A stretch of DNA of 62,569 nucleotides, filler included, from Sphacelaria rigidula (GCA_964200075.2; 11 parts of 11 records of this genome joined end to end with filler, not necessarily neighbours in it); one strand, 5' to 3'; numbered from the whole stretch's first letter, positions 34,667-47,390 are shown. Program-made: numbers and translations. Notes: generated from the sequence alone by a model not told the origin.

Positions 34667-37600
34667 TGATCATTGGACGATGGAGAACGACTAGTGCGTG
34701 TGTGATGACCAAGCACTGCTCGTGGAGGCGTGTCGTGTGATGGTGGGGGGGGGGCATCATTGCTAGGCAAAGGCGCGTATGTAGAGACAAAAGCTAAGCT
34801 TGATGTGTAAGGCAAGTGACACTGTTTGGCGGTGCCATGGTGGTGCGTGTACCTGGGGGGGTGACAGCATGCACGCGTGTACGGGGGTGACGATGATGGC
34901 GATGGTGATGTAGTTTCGGGATGTGCGCGCCGCGATATGTTTTGTTGTCGTGGCGTGGGAGAGAAGGACAATTCGCGCAGGACATGCAAAAGGGGGGTCT
35001 TTCTCGATCTTGGTTGAGCTTCTACGGGAGATGTTTTTTTGTGATAGAGAGAACCTTTACTTTGATCTTGTTTTTGCGCACCGGTATGAGGAATATCGGA
35101 AGATATTTGATTTGTCCATGCTCTTGAGTTGAATGCCGGAACCTTGAGTTTCGGTGTGTCTAGGAAATCACCAGGTACGATTTTTCTCATAAGAGGGACA
35201 AGGAGATTGGTAGTTGATTCTGGTGGGTTCACCCAGGCCTTCTCTTTTCTTTAATGTAGATCTTGCGCACAGTATATTTGTTTCAGCGGGCATGAATACC
35301 CCATGCTGTTGTGCTGTCCAGGCAGCGACCCGGTTGTGACACTTCCGATTGCTCCGGAAACGTCAACGCGTCGTAGGTCTGCGATGCTGTGAAAATTACG
35401 AGTGCTCGCGTCTTGAAGAAAATGTAAGAGACGGGAAATTCTGAAAACCCTGCGTGCAGCACTTCCTCCAAGCATGTGCGTGAAAATATGAAGCACTTGT
35501 GAACAGTTGTTGGTGTATACCGTGGAAACATGGCGTCGCTGGTGCATGACCTTACGCTCGTGCGGTACACGCGATGGATCGACGTTGGATAGGTGCTTTT
35601 GGTGAGGGTGTTTGTTCCGTGTGGGCCCCGATCCAAGAGAGGAGGGTCTTTTCATGTTTTTGTTATGATCCAATCGGGCCCAGAAAATAACCTATATGAT
35701 GATGTACGACCGTCGGGACTTTTTTTGTGAATATCGAATCGTATATTATGGAACTGCAGCCGATACTATTTCTATGGTCGTATTACCGTCTTATTTTTTC
35801 AGGGGAGGGGGGAGGGGGTTGTCCTGTTTCGCGTGAATCGCACACTCAAGTTGTGGGATATTTTCTTCTTGGCTTCGGCGTACAGCAGCGTACGGTCATG
35901 CGCTTCATCGCCTCTTGTGATGAGACGGTAGCGTGTTTGGAAACAAACAAGAATGAATTTTAAAGGACAGCATTTTTTCGTAAATACAGCAGAGGGCTCT
36001 CGTCGGGTTCACCTTGTCCTGTGTAACACAACCCCCCTCTGTTGCTTCTGTTTCCGCTCTCCTCACGGAACGTGTAGCTGTGTGCTGTATCTGTGGCATT
36101 TGTTGTGTACAGTATTATGCATGTGTCCACCGTCGTTAGCCGAGCACAGCTCCACCGGCGGGGCGGGGGGGCGGGGGAGCAGGGGAAGAAAGGCGTACTC
36201 CGTTGTTGCTTCCCATCGTGTTTGACCATCGGCCACGCATCCCTTCCGAGACGAAGCACCACTCCTACGGGGGGGGATGTACTCATGATCATGCATGCCA
36301 TAGTCACTCCTACGGGGGGGGGGGGGGGGGGGGAAACATGGGGGGAGAGAGAGGGAGGGAGATCAATNNNNNNNNNNGGTCCGCGGTGGGCCGGGGGGGC
36401 GCTGGGTGGCGGGGGTGGGGGGGGGGGGGGGGGGGGGGGGGGGGGATACATGGGGAGAGAGAGAGGGAGAGAGATCAATTATCAATGTTTTTTCATGCTA
36501 TAGGAAACCGTTTCGTCCGAAACCTGGGCAATTTCGAGTTGTCGCAACACCTTGTCGTTTGTGAAAGAGATTTCGATCCTGTCGAGACTCTGAAGCGCGC
36601 GGGCTTCTTCCGTGACAGGGTTGAGGTTGGAAGAACCGGTCATCCGTCGGTACCCGATCTTGGAACGCCTGCCGTGTGCTTCGCGCGCACTCCCATTTTC
36701 ATGTCGAGTTTTATATGTTGTACTTACACGATAGACAACGGAGGCGACACGTTCGTATTGCAGTGGATGAGAGATTTGTTCAAGCAAATCGTTCGGTAGA
36801 TGTGGTGCTGTAACAACATGAAATTCAATGCTGATGGCGGTGTTTCAGAAGTGCGAGTGCTGTTCGTGTAGGAGTTTTCGAGGGCTGGATGATGACCCGA
36901 CGATTGTTTATTAGATAAGGGGTTAAAACAAAATGGCCGGTGGTGGTGGTGGTAATATTGTTGCTGTGTGATTTTGGGGCTAATGGCAGCGTTCGAGAAG
37001 TGCGGGTGTGTCGGGAGTGTTTCCAGGTCTGGATGATGACGCGATTGCCTCTCTGAAGGCGGCAAAGCAAAGGGCGGGAGAAACAACTAGTCCGTGTCTC
37101 CCCTGTGTTTCGCCCTTGTATACTTGGATATACTACGGCGGCTTAGTGTTTCTTTTTCTTGTTGGGATCGTACATTTGTGTGTATGGCGCATGTCTGTTC
37201 TACGACAGTGTTCGTTGTACGTCTGTTGCATAGTCTTGATCGGTATTTATTTGGTGTCCCTGTGTGTGAGGAGGTGTGTTTTTACCCGCTTGTGTGTAGG
37301 GGGGGGTATGTGTGTGGAGTGTCGTTTTCGCATCAATTTTTCTTCATAGCAAGGGGTTGAATTCCAACACGATGATAGCATCAGTCATGCCGGCTAGTTG
37401 TGCCGCGTGTTCCTGTTTGCATTGCACATCATGCATGTTTTGGTGGAATCTTTGCGCGCAGGCAAGGGCCGTACGCATTGTTGTTCATTATTTGGAAGAG
37501 AACATGACGGAGCAAAATCTGCTCTTGCTGCATCAAGGCTCTCCTTTTTTTCAATTTGTGTTTTCTCTCTCAAGGGGATGTTATTTAACACAAGCAAACG

Positions 37601-37848
37601 GGCGCGACTCGGCTCATTCGGGATCCGCGTCCTCCATGGTTGAACCTGACCTTGAATTGACTCATCGTGTAGACGGCCAAGGTACACGTAGCCGTCCTTC
37701 CTGCAATAATGATATGAAAGTGCAAGGGTGTGTTCGATAGGGCATTTCCAAAATTTGGGTGGAATATCGAGATCGTGCTGAATAATACCTCGATATTGGG
37801 TACAAGGTTTGGAGATCGGACCATCGCAACACAAGATTCGGGAGTGAA

Positions 37849-38289
37849 CACGGGATTTTACAAATTGAGGATGAATTTTTTATTGAGGATGAGGAACCCG
37901 GAGAATTAAAATCTTCCCATCCACGCCAAATCTTCGAAATATGGTTCCATTTCTTCACTTGCTGGTGGCTATTGACAACTAATACACGCCATACCACTTT
38001 TGATCCTGATAACCGACATATTGGGGTCCTAGATGAAAAAATAATTCTGGGGAATTCAGATGATCCGATCAGATCGCCGGAATTCGCCAAAATTGGTTCT
38101 TCACCTAGGACCCCACCATGTCGGTTATCGAAATCCAAAGTTGTATGGCGGGCATTAGTTGTCAACAGCTACCAGGCAGTGAAAAAATGGAACCATATTT
38201 CGAAGATTTGGCGTGGATGGGAAGATTTCAATTCTCCGGGTTCCTCATCCTCGATAAAAAAATCCATCCCCAATTTGTCAACTCCCGTG
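37849..38289. mobile_element. Fold-back MITE of about 440 bp with CACGG...CCGTG termini
   Basis: The two halves are reverse complements about a centre near 38070; flanks are TGAA and TTAA. Truncated relatives at 47630-48010, 5550-5598 and 28330-28389. Confidence 0.9.
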
Positions 38290-39479
38290 TTAAAGAGTGA
38301 TGCTATGACAGGAGCGCACAAATATTTTCTGAGGTTGGAATTTTTATTGTAGGAGCCCTTCATCTCATCCAAAACACGCCTTATGAAATATGTGGGAGTA
38401 CGCCACGATTAGCATTTCGATGTGTTAGAGATTTCCCGCATGGGTTGCAAACGGGGATGCCCTGACCCGTATTCTTGTGCATCTGGGATCGTTAGGAGAC
38501 CCTGAACCAGAAAAGAAGTGCACCCCTTCCGTAGCATTGCTAGAGAGTAAATACCCGCGTATTTACCCTATCCAACGCACCCTTGCAAGACTGTCCAAAA
38601 GAGTTATCACAGCAGGAATCACAATTGAGCAATGAGAAACTGGGAGACGAGCATGAGGACGCGACGCAAGCTGCACAGCGAAATGTGGCAGGCCGTCGTC
38701 GGGTGGGCTGTGTGTGCCCCAGTACAATCGGGGGTGTAGTCACGTCCCGGAGAGAAATACGCTGCCGTTCAATCGCGTAGTGTCTGTGCGGGCAGCATCG
38801 CTGGTAGATCCATCCTGATGCTACCGTAGACGCTTTTGTCGTCCTCTTCTTGTAGAGATACATCATGTTTCGTGCTTCTGAGGGTTGAACACGGCAGCAG
38901 CTGTTCATCTTATACGTTGCTCACCAAACGCTATTACTCGTGCAGCAAATGTGCAACAGTGGAATGGATACCTCCAACAATTAAGGTGCAGTATTGTGTG
39001 ACCCGTTCTCGTGCTTTTTTGTTGTTATTCTTTAATCCAAATTTATAGTCATGGCTCAACAAAGTTTTCGTGAGATTGAGAAAATCCAGTTTCTGATACT
39101 GAACCTTTTAGCCGTGTGTGGAATCGGCATCATCTTCACTTGAAATTTTTTTACGTGACTCTGATTTGCAACCCTGGCGGTCAAAGGGCTACATTCCGAA
39201 GAGTTGAGTCATCGGATGTATTTTCCGAAAGCAAACAAACGCCAACATGCGATGCTTTGGAATCGCGACGGGTTAGTACCCTCCACTCGCATTCAACGTA
39301 CTATCTTCATCGGAAGCTACACTTTTGGAACGCATCGCACTCTGTACGACAGGCAATCATAACCTGCTCAACGTATTGCGATACATTATACGAGGGGAAT
39401 GTTTTAATGGTTGGTATAATCATCATAGATCACTCTGCTTCGCATCGCCCTTCCAATTTTCCTTCTTTTCTAACATTGG

Positions 39480-39783
39480 AATGTAATGGAAAAGGGACAG
39501 AAGAGACGGACGTCTTCAATGAAGAGCGATGGGACTCGCCTTCTTTGGCGGCATCTGAGCCGCCGGCGTGAAGGAGAGAGAGTGCTAGAGCTGTTAGGGC
39601 CCTTTTTAACGAAGGGGATTCCCGTTTTTCACTATCCACTTCAACAGGGGATTTGCCCCATGACGACCAGTCCCCAGTCCTATCGACGAGCAGTTTTGTA
39701 CAGATTCGAACCCAGATCTGCACGCAGGTTGAGAAATGCGGCGGGTCTGGAAGTGGTCGATAGTCCAAGCAGGTCCAAGGTCT
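39480..39783 (-). CDS. Possible exon of an unknown gene, cut by the contig end
   Basis: Open, protein-like frame (CVQIWVRICTKLLVDRTGDW...LKRALTALALSLLHAGG); no motif recognised. Confidence 0.3.
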
Positions 39784-40209
39784 NNNNNNNNNNNNNNNNN
39801 NNNNNNNNNNNNNNNNNNNNNNNNNNNTTAATTAATTAANNNNNNNNNNNNNNNNNNNNNNNNNNNNNNNNNNNNNNNNNNNNAAAATCAAATCGGACAT
39901 AGTTGAGGGCTCGTACAAACATAACGATACAGACTTATGGGACACAGGAAGTATTTGTATATTTATGTCGCTACCAGCGAATACTGCAATTCACCCCGTC
40001 TTGTTGTCGTTTACTGCAATATACACATATACACAATGACACACAAGTTTAGCAGAACGTGATGTATGCTGCAAGCTTCGCTTTTTTTTCCCTCTCCACC
40101 TGGTACCGCTGCGCCCTCTGCATTAATATCTTTGTTCCCACGTGTGTGTGTGTGTACCGTAATGGGAGAATGCAAACATCACTTGTTTCCGTTTTAGTCA
40201 CACTTTCAA

Positions 40210-41047
40210 CCCCTCCCTTCTCCTTCCTCGGGACGAGTCCGTGCTCTAACGGTCTACTAGTCCTCCGTTAGGACGATGAAACTCGTGATTCAACTCATTT
40301 TCATCATTCCAAGGAATAAATCATACCATTCGTACATCATTTGTAATTCACACAAACATGTCAAGGGTACCTGCTCCCCACCTTCCGTGAATACCGGAGT
40401 AAATAATGGACACATAGTCATCCCCTGCACTGCAAATTTGAATGAATTGATTGTACATGCCACGCACTTCTTACCATCATGAGTCGGGAACGTTATGTAC
40501 AACTTGCTTCACCGAGTCGTTCGAGGTGAGCGCCCGTATATTTTTCCCACCTTCGGGTTAATGCGGGAGCAACAATTTGAACCGTTGAACCTTCACTTCC
40601 GATGCGCCCTGAATCGCGCGTAATTTTCTCCCGGCTGTGATGCGCGCAAGATGCTTGCGATGCATATGTGTTATCCACCCTCGACTCAGCGAGACCAACA
40701 ACATATACATATTTAATTTTGTCATTTCATGAGGAGTCGACTCGTTTGATCTCCGATTCGTCCTAACCGTGTACTAGTCTACTAGTGTAGTAGTTTCAAA
40801 GGGACCAACCAACCATCCCGTCCATCTCACCGGCGGGGCGGTAGACGCTTTGCATTTTGGTGTAGTATCGCGGGTTAGATCGGCACTCCTGCTCTGCGTC
40901 AACTCTCGCCCGGTAAACTTCATTTGAAAGTCATACTTTTCAGATTGGAAAAAGAAGGAAAAACGCATCTGCTGGGAATCGAATCCGAACCCTTACAAGC
41001 TAACCGCTGTCACATGTACCATGTACCAGCTAGACCACCAGGGCGCC
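40210..41047 (-). mobile_element. tRNA-derived SINE interrupted by a MITE
   Basis: Minus-strand head GGCGCCCTGGTGGTCTAGCTGG (A box) ... GGATTCGATTCCCAG (B-box-like) at 40973-41047. Body motifs CTCGGGACGAGTCCGTG and TCAA.GGGACCAACC recur at about 7550, 9500, 22650 and 42745-42835. Confidence 0.65.
40263..40771. mobile_element. MITE with about 14-bp TIR nested in the SINE
   Basis: CTCCGTTAGGACGA ... TCGTCCTAACCGTG|TA; SINE sequence resumes on both sides. Confidence 0.55.
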
Positions 41048-41770
41048 GCGGTATGTCAGAGTCGTTTCAGCCCGCTACCAGGGCCTCGTCCAGTCCCTGC
41101 AAGGCGTTCATCAAGTGGCTGACACAAAACTACGTGTAGTCGAGGGTGTGGCCGTAATACTGTGTTCACTCGATTGCTCCATGTCTATTTCTAGTCTTTG
41201 GTTGATGAATGAAGCAATGCTAGCGCGTAATCAATATGTTGCTGTGCTCATCTTTGAGTCCTCGGCTAATCAATGAAATGACACAGATGCATGTGTTAGC
41301 TCGTCGTGACGACGTTTTGCCCAGCTGCTGCCAGGTATGTTGGCCCTGTGATTCACGTAGTCCCTGACCCTATCGTTTCACATCTTGCAATCCTAGTTTC
41401 CACTGTGCTCCTTGTTCTAGTCTACTCTTTTGTGTCTGCTCTACATTTCTGTTCTCTTCACTTCCCGTGAGCGAGTGTTCACATTTTGTTTGTTCGTTTT
41501 ATCTTGGGTATGTCAATCATGTGACCATCACTACGCCTGGATCCCTGGGGGAACAATCAATCAGTCAAGTGTCCCTAATATCAGCACCATGGTTTACTCT
41601 GTTTGTCCCTGCCTCTCCTGCGTTACCGGTGAGGGCTGTTGTATTGTTGTATTGTGTGTGTCTCTTTCACCATCATCGCATGGTAAATGAACCTGCGGTA
41701 CGCTCATTGCTCCAAATCAACGCGTTGTATTCCTTGATGTTTTGCGATGTGTTGGGCACGTGCATGGCAG

Positions 41771-41824
41771 ACGTGAACAAGGCCTTCCTCACCGGAGAAG
41801 CCAAGTACATGTCCACCGGTCGAG
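41771..41824 (+). CDS. 1,3-beta-glucan synthase (GT48, callose synthase/FKS family), exon a
   Basis: GGCAG acceptor, G|GTGAGT donor, 54 bp. VNKAFLTGEAKYMSTGR(G) matches the conserved GGAKY.ATGRGF motif. Confidence 0.92.
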
Positions 41825-42315
41825 GTGAGTAACTGCCGTACCACACAAGCACTCATGGCCGTTTTACACACTCCAATGTAGAGCAAATCCCGAACCGTTG
41901 GTGTCTCCTGATTTTGGCTAAAGCAGAGCGGAGGCCGATTGCGTGTTGGGCTGAGCGCGCGCGTGCTCTCTCTCTCTCTGTTGGTTCTCGTTCATTCTTG
42001 ATCGTTTATACTGCATTCATTCGTTTCATGTTTACCTTCAAGAAGTCGGGTTTGTCGGTGTCTGGGTGATGCGTCGTGACGTTTCGATGGCCATGCTGAG
42101 GTCTATGGAGACGAGTGCCTAAAGTAGTGACTCGTAGTTTCTCGCCCGAGTGTGTGTGGAATGATGGTCTCCTATTAAACCACGATGTTGATATATGGGC
42201 ATGCTAGCCTGCCCGCTAAACAAGGGTTCGGTGATGTTTTTGTCACGATCCATGTGCCGCTGCTGTTTCTTCTGTTCGTGATCCATTTCTTGCGGTTGTT
42301 TTGAATGTACCACAG

Positions 42316-42410
42316 GTTTCGTCATCGTCCACGAACGGTTCTTGTCGCTGTTCCGCCAATACCTGCAGAGCCACTTTGTGCCCGCCTTCGAGATCCTGAT
42401 CCTGCTCGTG
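42316..42410 (+). CDS. 1,3-beta-glucan synthase (GT48), exon b
   Basis: CACAG acceptor, GTGCGT donor, 95 bp. (G)FVIVHERFLSLFRQYLQSHFVPAFEILILLV matches GFVV.H..F...YR.Y.RSHF...E. Phase-compatible with exon a. Confidence 0.93.
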
Positions 42411-42498
42411 GTGCGTGTTGGTATCAAACGTAAAAGTTGTTTGAATGGCGTGGATATGATGCCGATAAAAAACAATGCCGTGAGCATAGCCCCACCTT

Positions 42499-42541
<43 letters not shown>

Positions 42542-42734
42542 TCATATTCGCCGCCGAAGGCGAGAACACGCCAATGTTCTTTTTAATTTCCATATCCTAG
42601 AACAAGGATTTGATTCTTGAAAATAAATGTAAGATTATGGGTTTTGAAGCTCCAAATAAAGGGGTGGTCTCAACTTGAACCCAGAAGGTATATATATTTA
42701 TTTTTTTCGTCGCACGTTCAAACATAACTACCCC

Positions 42735-43125
42735 TACCTCATCTTCCACGGGACCAGTCCGTACTCCACCACTCTACTATTACTCTACTAATTCAATGGT
42801 CTACTAGTCTCAAGGGACCAACCCATCTCTTCCCCGCTACACCCTTTGCATGTTGCTGTCGCGGATTGGGTCAAGCTTTCGCAACGCGTCACCCCACTGT
42901 CAAACTTTTTCGTCTACTCATGTAAGTACTGACGCTTTCAACCGCGGAAATGATGTACTGTACTGTACCGTACTGTACCGTACTGTACCGTACTGTACCG
43001 TACTGTACCGTACTGTACTGCACTACAATGACAAAAACCAAGCGCACCTGGCGTCAATCGAACCCGTCTTCTCTTCACCCTATTGGTGTCAGTTGGGCTA
43101 TTTTTATTTAGACCACCGGGGCGCG
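42735..43125 (-). mobile_element. Second tRNA-derived SINE copy in a GT48 intron, containing a (TACTGTACCG)n microsatellite at about 42956-43020
   Basis: Minus-strand head CGCCCCGGTGGTCTAAA ... GGGTTCGATTG; body shared with 40210-41047. Confidence 0.6.
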
Positions 43126-43878
43126 GCGTATGTTTGATATTTTCAAATGTAGAAGATGGCGAATGCTTGATGCAGCCCTTCCTAGCGGCTCTCCATTCGT
43201 CCCAAGCTTGCTTGAAGCTGGATTCAAACTCATGTTGAAGTTGCCGTAGAGATGTGCGGCGTCATTTTCCGCACGATAAGGATCTATAAATATAAGTGTA
43301 AGTCGCGCGTGCTCTGTGTTGATGTGTGTTGGTCTGAGCGTCATCATTCGACTGCGCTTGCTGCAAGGATCTCCAGTGGGCCATGATCCAGTCGTCGTTC
43401 ATTTTTTTTCATCACTGGGCGAGCCTTTGGCTCTGCTTGAGCAACACGATTGCTCCGGCAATCAAGATACCAATTGTGGGGGCTTGTTATTCGATGAGAC
43501 GTTCCATACCTCGCCAATAAATTCGCGATGCAATCTCAAAACAGCGCCGTTCAACACCCTTAGTTCGTTCTCTGCACACAACGCTTTGCGAAGTGTAGTC
43601 AGTACCTCCCAAGTAGGACCCCCGTGCTGAGTTTTGAAACCTCGCGTTTCTAGCAAGCTGCGGCGACCGCAACATCGAAACTTGTGTCGCTGAAAAATAA
43701 AACAATACAGTACATGTATGAGGCACTTCTCTCTCTCGACGAGAGAGCGAGAGAAAGAGGGAGAGAGTTGTGGGCGGTCTTGCTTGTCAAAATTGTCGGA
43801 ATAGCATACTGTATGTATACATTTCTCGCCCCCTGCCGGACTCTCATCGCCATACTGTTCTTGCTTTGTGCTCATCAG

Positions 43879-43950
43879 GTGTACTTGCACTTCGGGAGCC
43901 AGCAGACTAGCTTCGACTTCGTCGCCGAGACCTTCGCTGTCTGGTTAATG
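43879..43950 (+). CDS. 1,3-beta-glucan synthase (GT48), exon c
   Basis: CATCAG acceptor, GTGAGT donor, 72 bp; VYLHFGSQQTSFDFVAETFAVWLM. Confidence 0.9.
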
Positions 43951-44961
43951 GTGAGTAGTGAGAGAAAACATCTCCCGCCGCCAGTCGGTTCAGGTCCTCG
44001 AAATAATCAGTTCGGTCAATTCGCGTTGTGTCTCACCTGTGCGCCTTCAGCCTTTCCGATGGCACAACGTGTCCTGTAGTGTGGTTGCAAGTAACTCTCA
44101 TGTGCAGTAGGAGCCTTCACGGTAGTATTGGTAAAGCCAGCACTGGTACAACACCGCACGTTGCAGAGTAAATCAGCCGGGGCTGTGAATGAGCCAACCT
44201 CGGCGTCTTCGTGAAGTGTGGCGACCACGCTACCGAGGGTTGTGTCGTTTTGATTATCTCAGGGTCTTTCGGTCAACGGGGTCCTTTTGTGGCAATGCGG
44301 GACGCTGGACTTTTTGTCGTCGTCACGGTTGGCGTTGTGTTCCCTAGCGTGGGGATAGATGACCTTGAAACTAACGGCTAGAGGTTGACCGCCGGGCCCC
44401 GGTGAAGCTGGTCCACAGATGGCCTGTTTGGGCGGAGTAGCAGCAATGGGTTGGAACCCCCATAGTAGGGGTCCATTTCAATAGTTTCCGTCGTGGAAAC
44501 CATGAAACTATGAGTTAGCGAAAACAAACGGTGGAATTCGACGGACTGCGGGAGTGCTCATAGTGCTGGTAGTCATGATTCAGTGCTTGGCATGAATCGC
44601 AAGACAAGTACCGAAGGAGACATGAGTTGAAGATGACTCAAGTATGACTCAGTTCATTGAGACTATCAAAATAAAAACGAGTGCAGAGAAGGTCAGTTCA
44701 TGGTTGCGCACTTTTAGGCAAAGGTGTCATGAAGGAAGTTTCATTTAATTGATCGTACGCGAGTTTTTCGAATATGTGGAACAAGACTGGCGGTGTTTTA
44801 GTACCCTAGTACCCATGTAGTGCGAGCATGCACCGCAATCCTTAGCGGTCGTAGGGATGATCCCCCAGCACGATGCAGTGCTTGATCGATTGTACTAGAG
44901 TAAACGTTTGTTAGGAAAGTACCTGCACAGTGAGTTAACGTCACGATATGCTGATATTCAG

Positions 44962-45117
44962 GTGGTGTCCTGGCTGTGGTGTCCGGTCATATTCAATCCG
45001 AGCGGTGTCGAGTGGTTGGATGTGATAAAAGATTTCGATGGCTGGCTGCAGTGGATGGCTGCTGAGGACGATGATCCTGACAAGAGCTGGCACGCCTGGT
45101 GGATCAAGCAAAACGCG
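44962..45117 (+). CDS. 1,3-beta-glucan synthase (GT48), exon d
   Basis: ATTCAG acceptor, GTGCGT donor, 156 bp. VVSWLWCPVIFNPSGVEWLDVIKDFDGWLQWM...KSWHAWW matches WLFAPF.FNPSGFEW...V.D...W..W...SW..WW. Confidence 0.95.
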
Positions 45118-47139
45118 GTGCGTTGTTGTACATATTCAATCTCACCTATTTTTGTACATTGTAAGCGTCTTCAGCCAGACTGTTTTGGTCGATGAAACAG
45201 CTGCGATACTTTCGAGTCGTCACTCTCGTTTTCTGTGTGCGGTATATATATATATATATATTATATATACACAAGCCGCACGGGACCCGGGGCTGCGCCC
45301 CGGTCCCGTCCGTCTTTTTCGAGGGTCACGGTACTCTTGCCTTGCCAAGCCCTCGTGATAATAGATCCTCTCTCGAAATGTTCATGCCCGTCGGAAACAT
45401 TGCAGGACCACCGCGATCGCGCGTCCGTTCGAACGGTCGCGAACGCATGTGTACCCCCGCACAAAGTAAAGTACGAATCCNNNNNNNNNNNNNNNNNNNN
45501 NNNNNNNNNNNNNNNNNNNNNNNNTTAATTAATTAANNNNNNNNNNNNNNNNNNNNNNNNNNNNNNNNNNNNNNNNNNNNCCCTCAACCGAAATCAGGTT
45601 AATATGAGGGTTTCGCTCAGTCCTGTACTCTCACGGCTTTGGTGAAAGGCGTGGAATGAAGTATCTACGCCATCGGGGTGCATTGCGCCGAAACAAAAGT
45701 CCCTGGGCACAGCCACTGAAAGTGTGACCAAGGCACTGCTTGCGGGTTGAAGCTCATTCTCGTGAACAATATGTCATAATATTATTGGCTGCAACTGGTA
45801 GTCGCCAAGCGTTAAAACCACGCGGTGTTACGGCATTCGTTTTGTATCGGAGACTGCTCCAAGAGTTATGTACATTCTTCGATGAGAGCCCGCCGAATAG
45901 GACTCATCGTACACCACGCGACTGTCACGTGGGCGACACCGGTACCTATCTCCACCCTCCCTCTTCCCGCAGACGATCCCCCGATAACACATTGCCCCCA
46001 CTGCGCATTCGCGACCGGCTGCAGGTGCCGGCCGGAAACCTGGCAGACATAGGCCTTGTGGCCGCAGGACACTCAGCAGAAGAACCCGCACACCTCACTG
46101 GTAAGTGCTTGTCATGCAGAGGACGACATACGGACAGGTAGCGATTGACGTTTCTTGCCTCGTTTAAGGGCCAATCGTAGGCCGCTCGCACGCAGCCTTT
46201 AATATGGGAAGTACTGAAGTCCGACTCGTCGCCGCTGCCCCCGCCCCCCAGGCGGCGCCGCGCTGTCAACACCCGAGGCTGCTTCATTTTTCGAAACCAA
46301 GAAACCCCGGATGATGGGCATGCCCTCGTCCTCCACGCCGGGCTCGCATCGGAAAACTGCGCCAACCCGCCTGCGCATATGGAGAATAAAACATATCCGT
46401 CCCCGGGTACTGATGGATGCCGCGTGGGATCAAGGGAACGAATGGAGCGATAGAAGAGGAGCCGATCCCGTTCCTTCGGCACCGACATTGTGGGCACTGG
46501 AGTACACCACCGGGCGCTCACGGGCTGCGTTTCCCGTCTTACGCAGACTGCCGCTGCTGTATCGGCAGCAACAGAGGCGTCCAATGGCAAACCCTGTGAC
46601 CCGCCCCCCCCTACTGCGCTGAGACAGTCTGCCCCGACGAGATTGGAACGCCCCGGAAGAGGCCACGCGGCCGGCGGGAGTGTAACCCGAATGGCAACGC
46701 GGAGGGGCCGTCATGTACGCAACGAGCAACACACGAATCAGCCACCAACCGAAAGTCGCCTGGCTTCATCCGTTCGGCGTACAAGGGCCTCTTCTGCTCC
46801 AGTACGTGGCCGCGGGAAGCGGCCGCAATGTGGCAAGCCCGGTGCGGATCGGCCGGCCCTTGGGCTGTGGTTTGGTGCACACAGTGTACAACGGATCGCG
46901 CGCGGGGCGACAGGCGATGTGCTGCGTGCCATCGGCCAGCCACTGACTTCAATCACTTCGGTGCACAGGAAGTGCGCCTGGTGGCTGACTGGTGGAGTGA
47001 ATATAGGGATGGTAGGCTGTCCACCGCGATTCATGGTGCATACCGCCCCTCCTCAGAATGCCTGTGCTCGACAGACGCTTGTTTCCACCATATATTTCGT
47101 TCGTCCGAGTGTTCAAAATCCCACTGCAACCGAAAGAGG

Positions 47140-47390
47140 TGGCACTTTCTACGATAGCCCCCCTTCACAACCAGCCCAAAAGTGTCGCGAAAAATAAGGA
47201 CATACAGCGCCTGATGTTGGGGTTCAGGCTGCATGAAGCGTATCATATGCACGACATTGGCGAGGACGAACCCACGCGTGGAAAATCCCAGCCACTCGTT
47301 GTGCTCGGCTTTTTCCATTTTGATTCATGTGAAGATGTTGCCTCCCCAAACCATGCACGTTTTTGGGGGGGGCTATCGTAGAAAGTGTCA
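47140..47390. mobile_element. MITE with TIR TGGCACTTTCTACGATAGCCCC, copy 2
   Basis: TGGCACTTTCTACGATAGCCCCCC ... GGGGGGCTATCGTAGAAAGTGTCA; interior homologous to 9980-10145. Confidence 0.88.

Noticed and set aside
37662..38352. Near-identical ORFs on opposite strands (MTTNARHTT / MTTNTRHTT)
   Set aside because: A by-product of the palindromic MITE, not genes.
40973..41047. Possible tRNA gene
   Set aside because: A and B boxes are present but I could not fold a cloverleaf, and it is attached to a dispersed repeat body; treated as a SINE head.
44300..44700. Structured-looking intronic segment considered as a ribozyme or ncRNA
   Set aside because: No hammerhead core (CUGAUGA...GAAA with paired stems) or other RNA family signature could be confirmed by eye.
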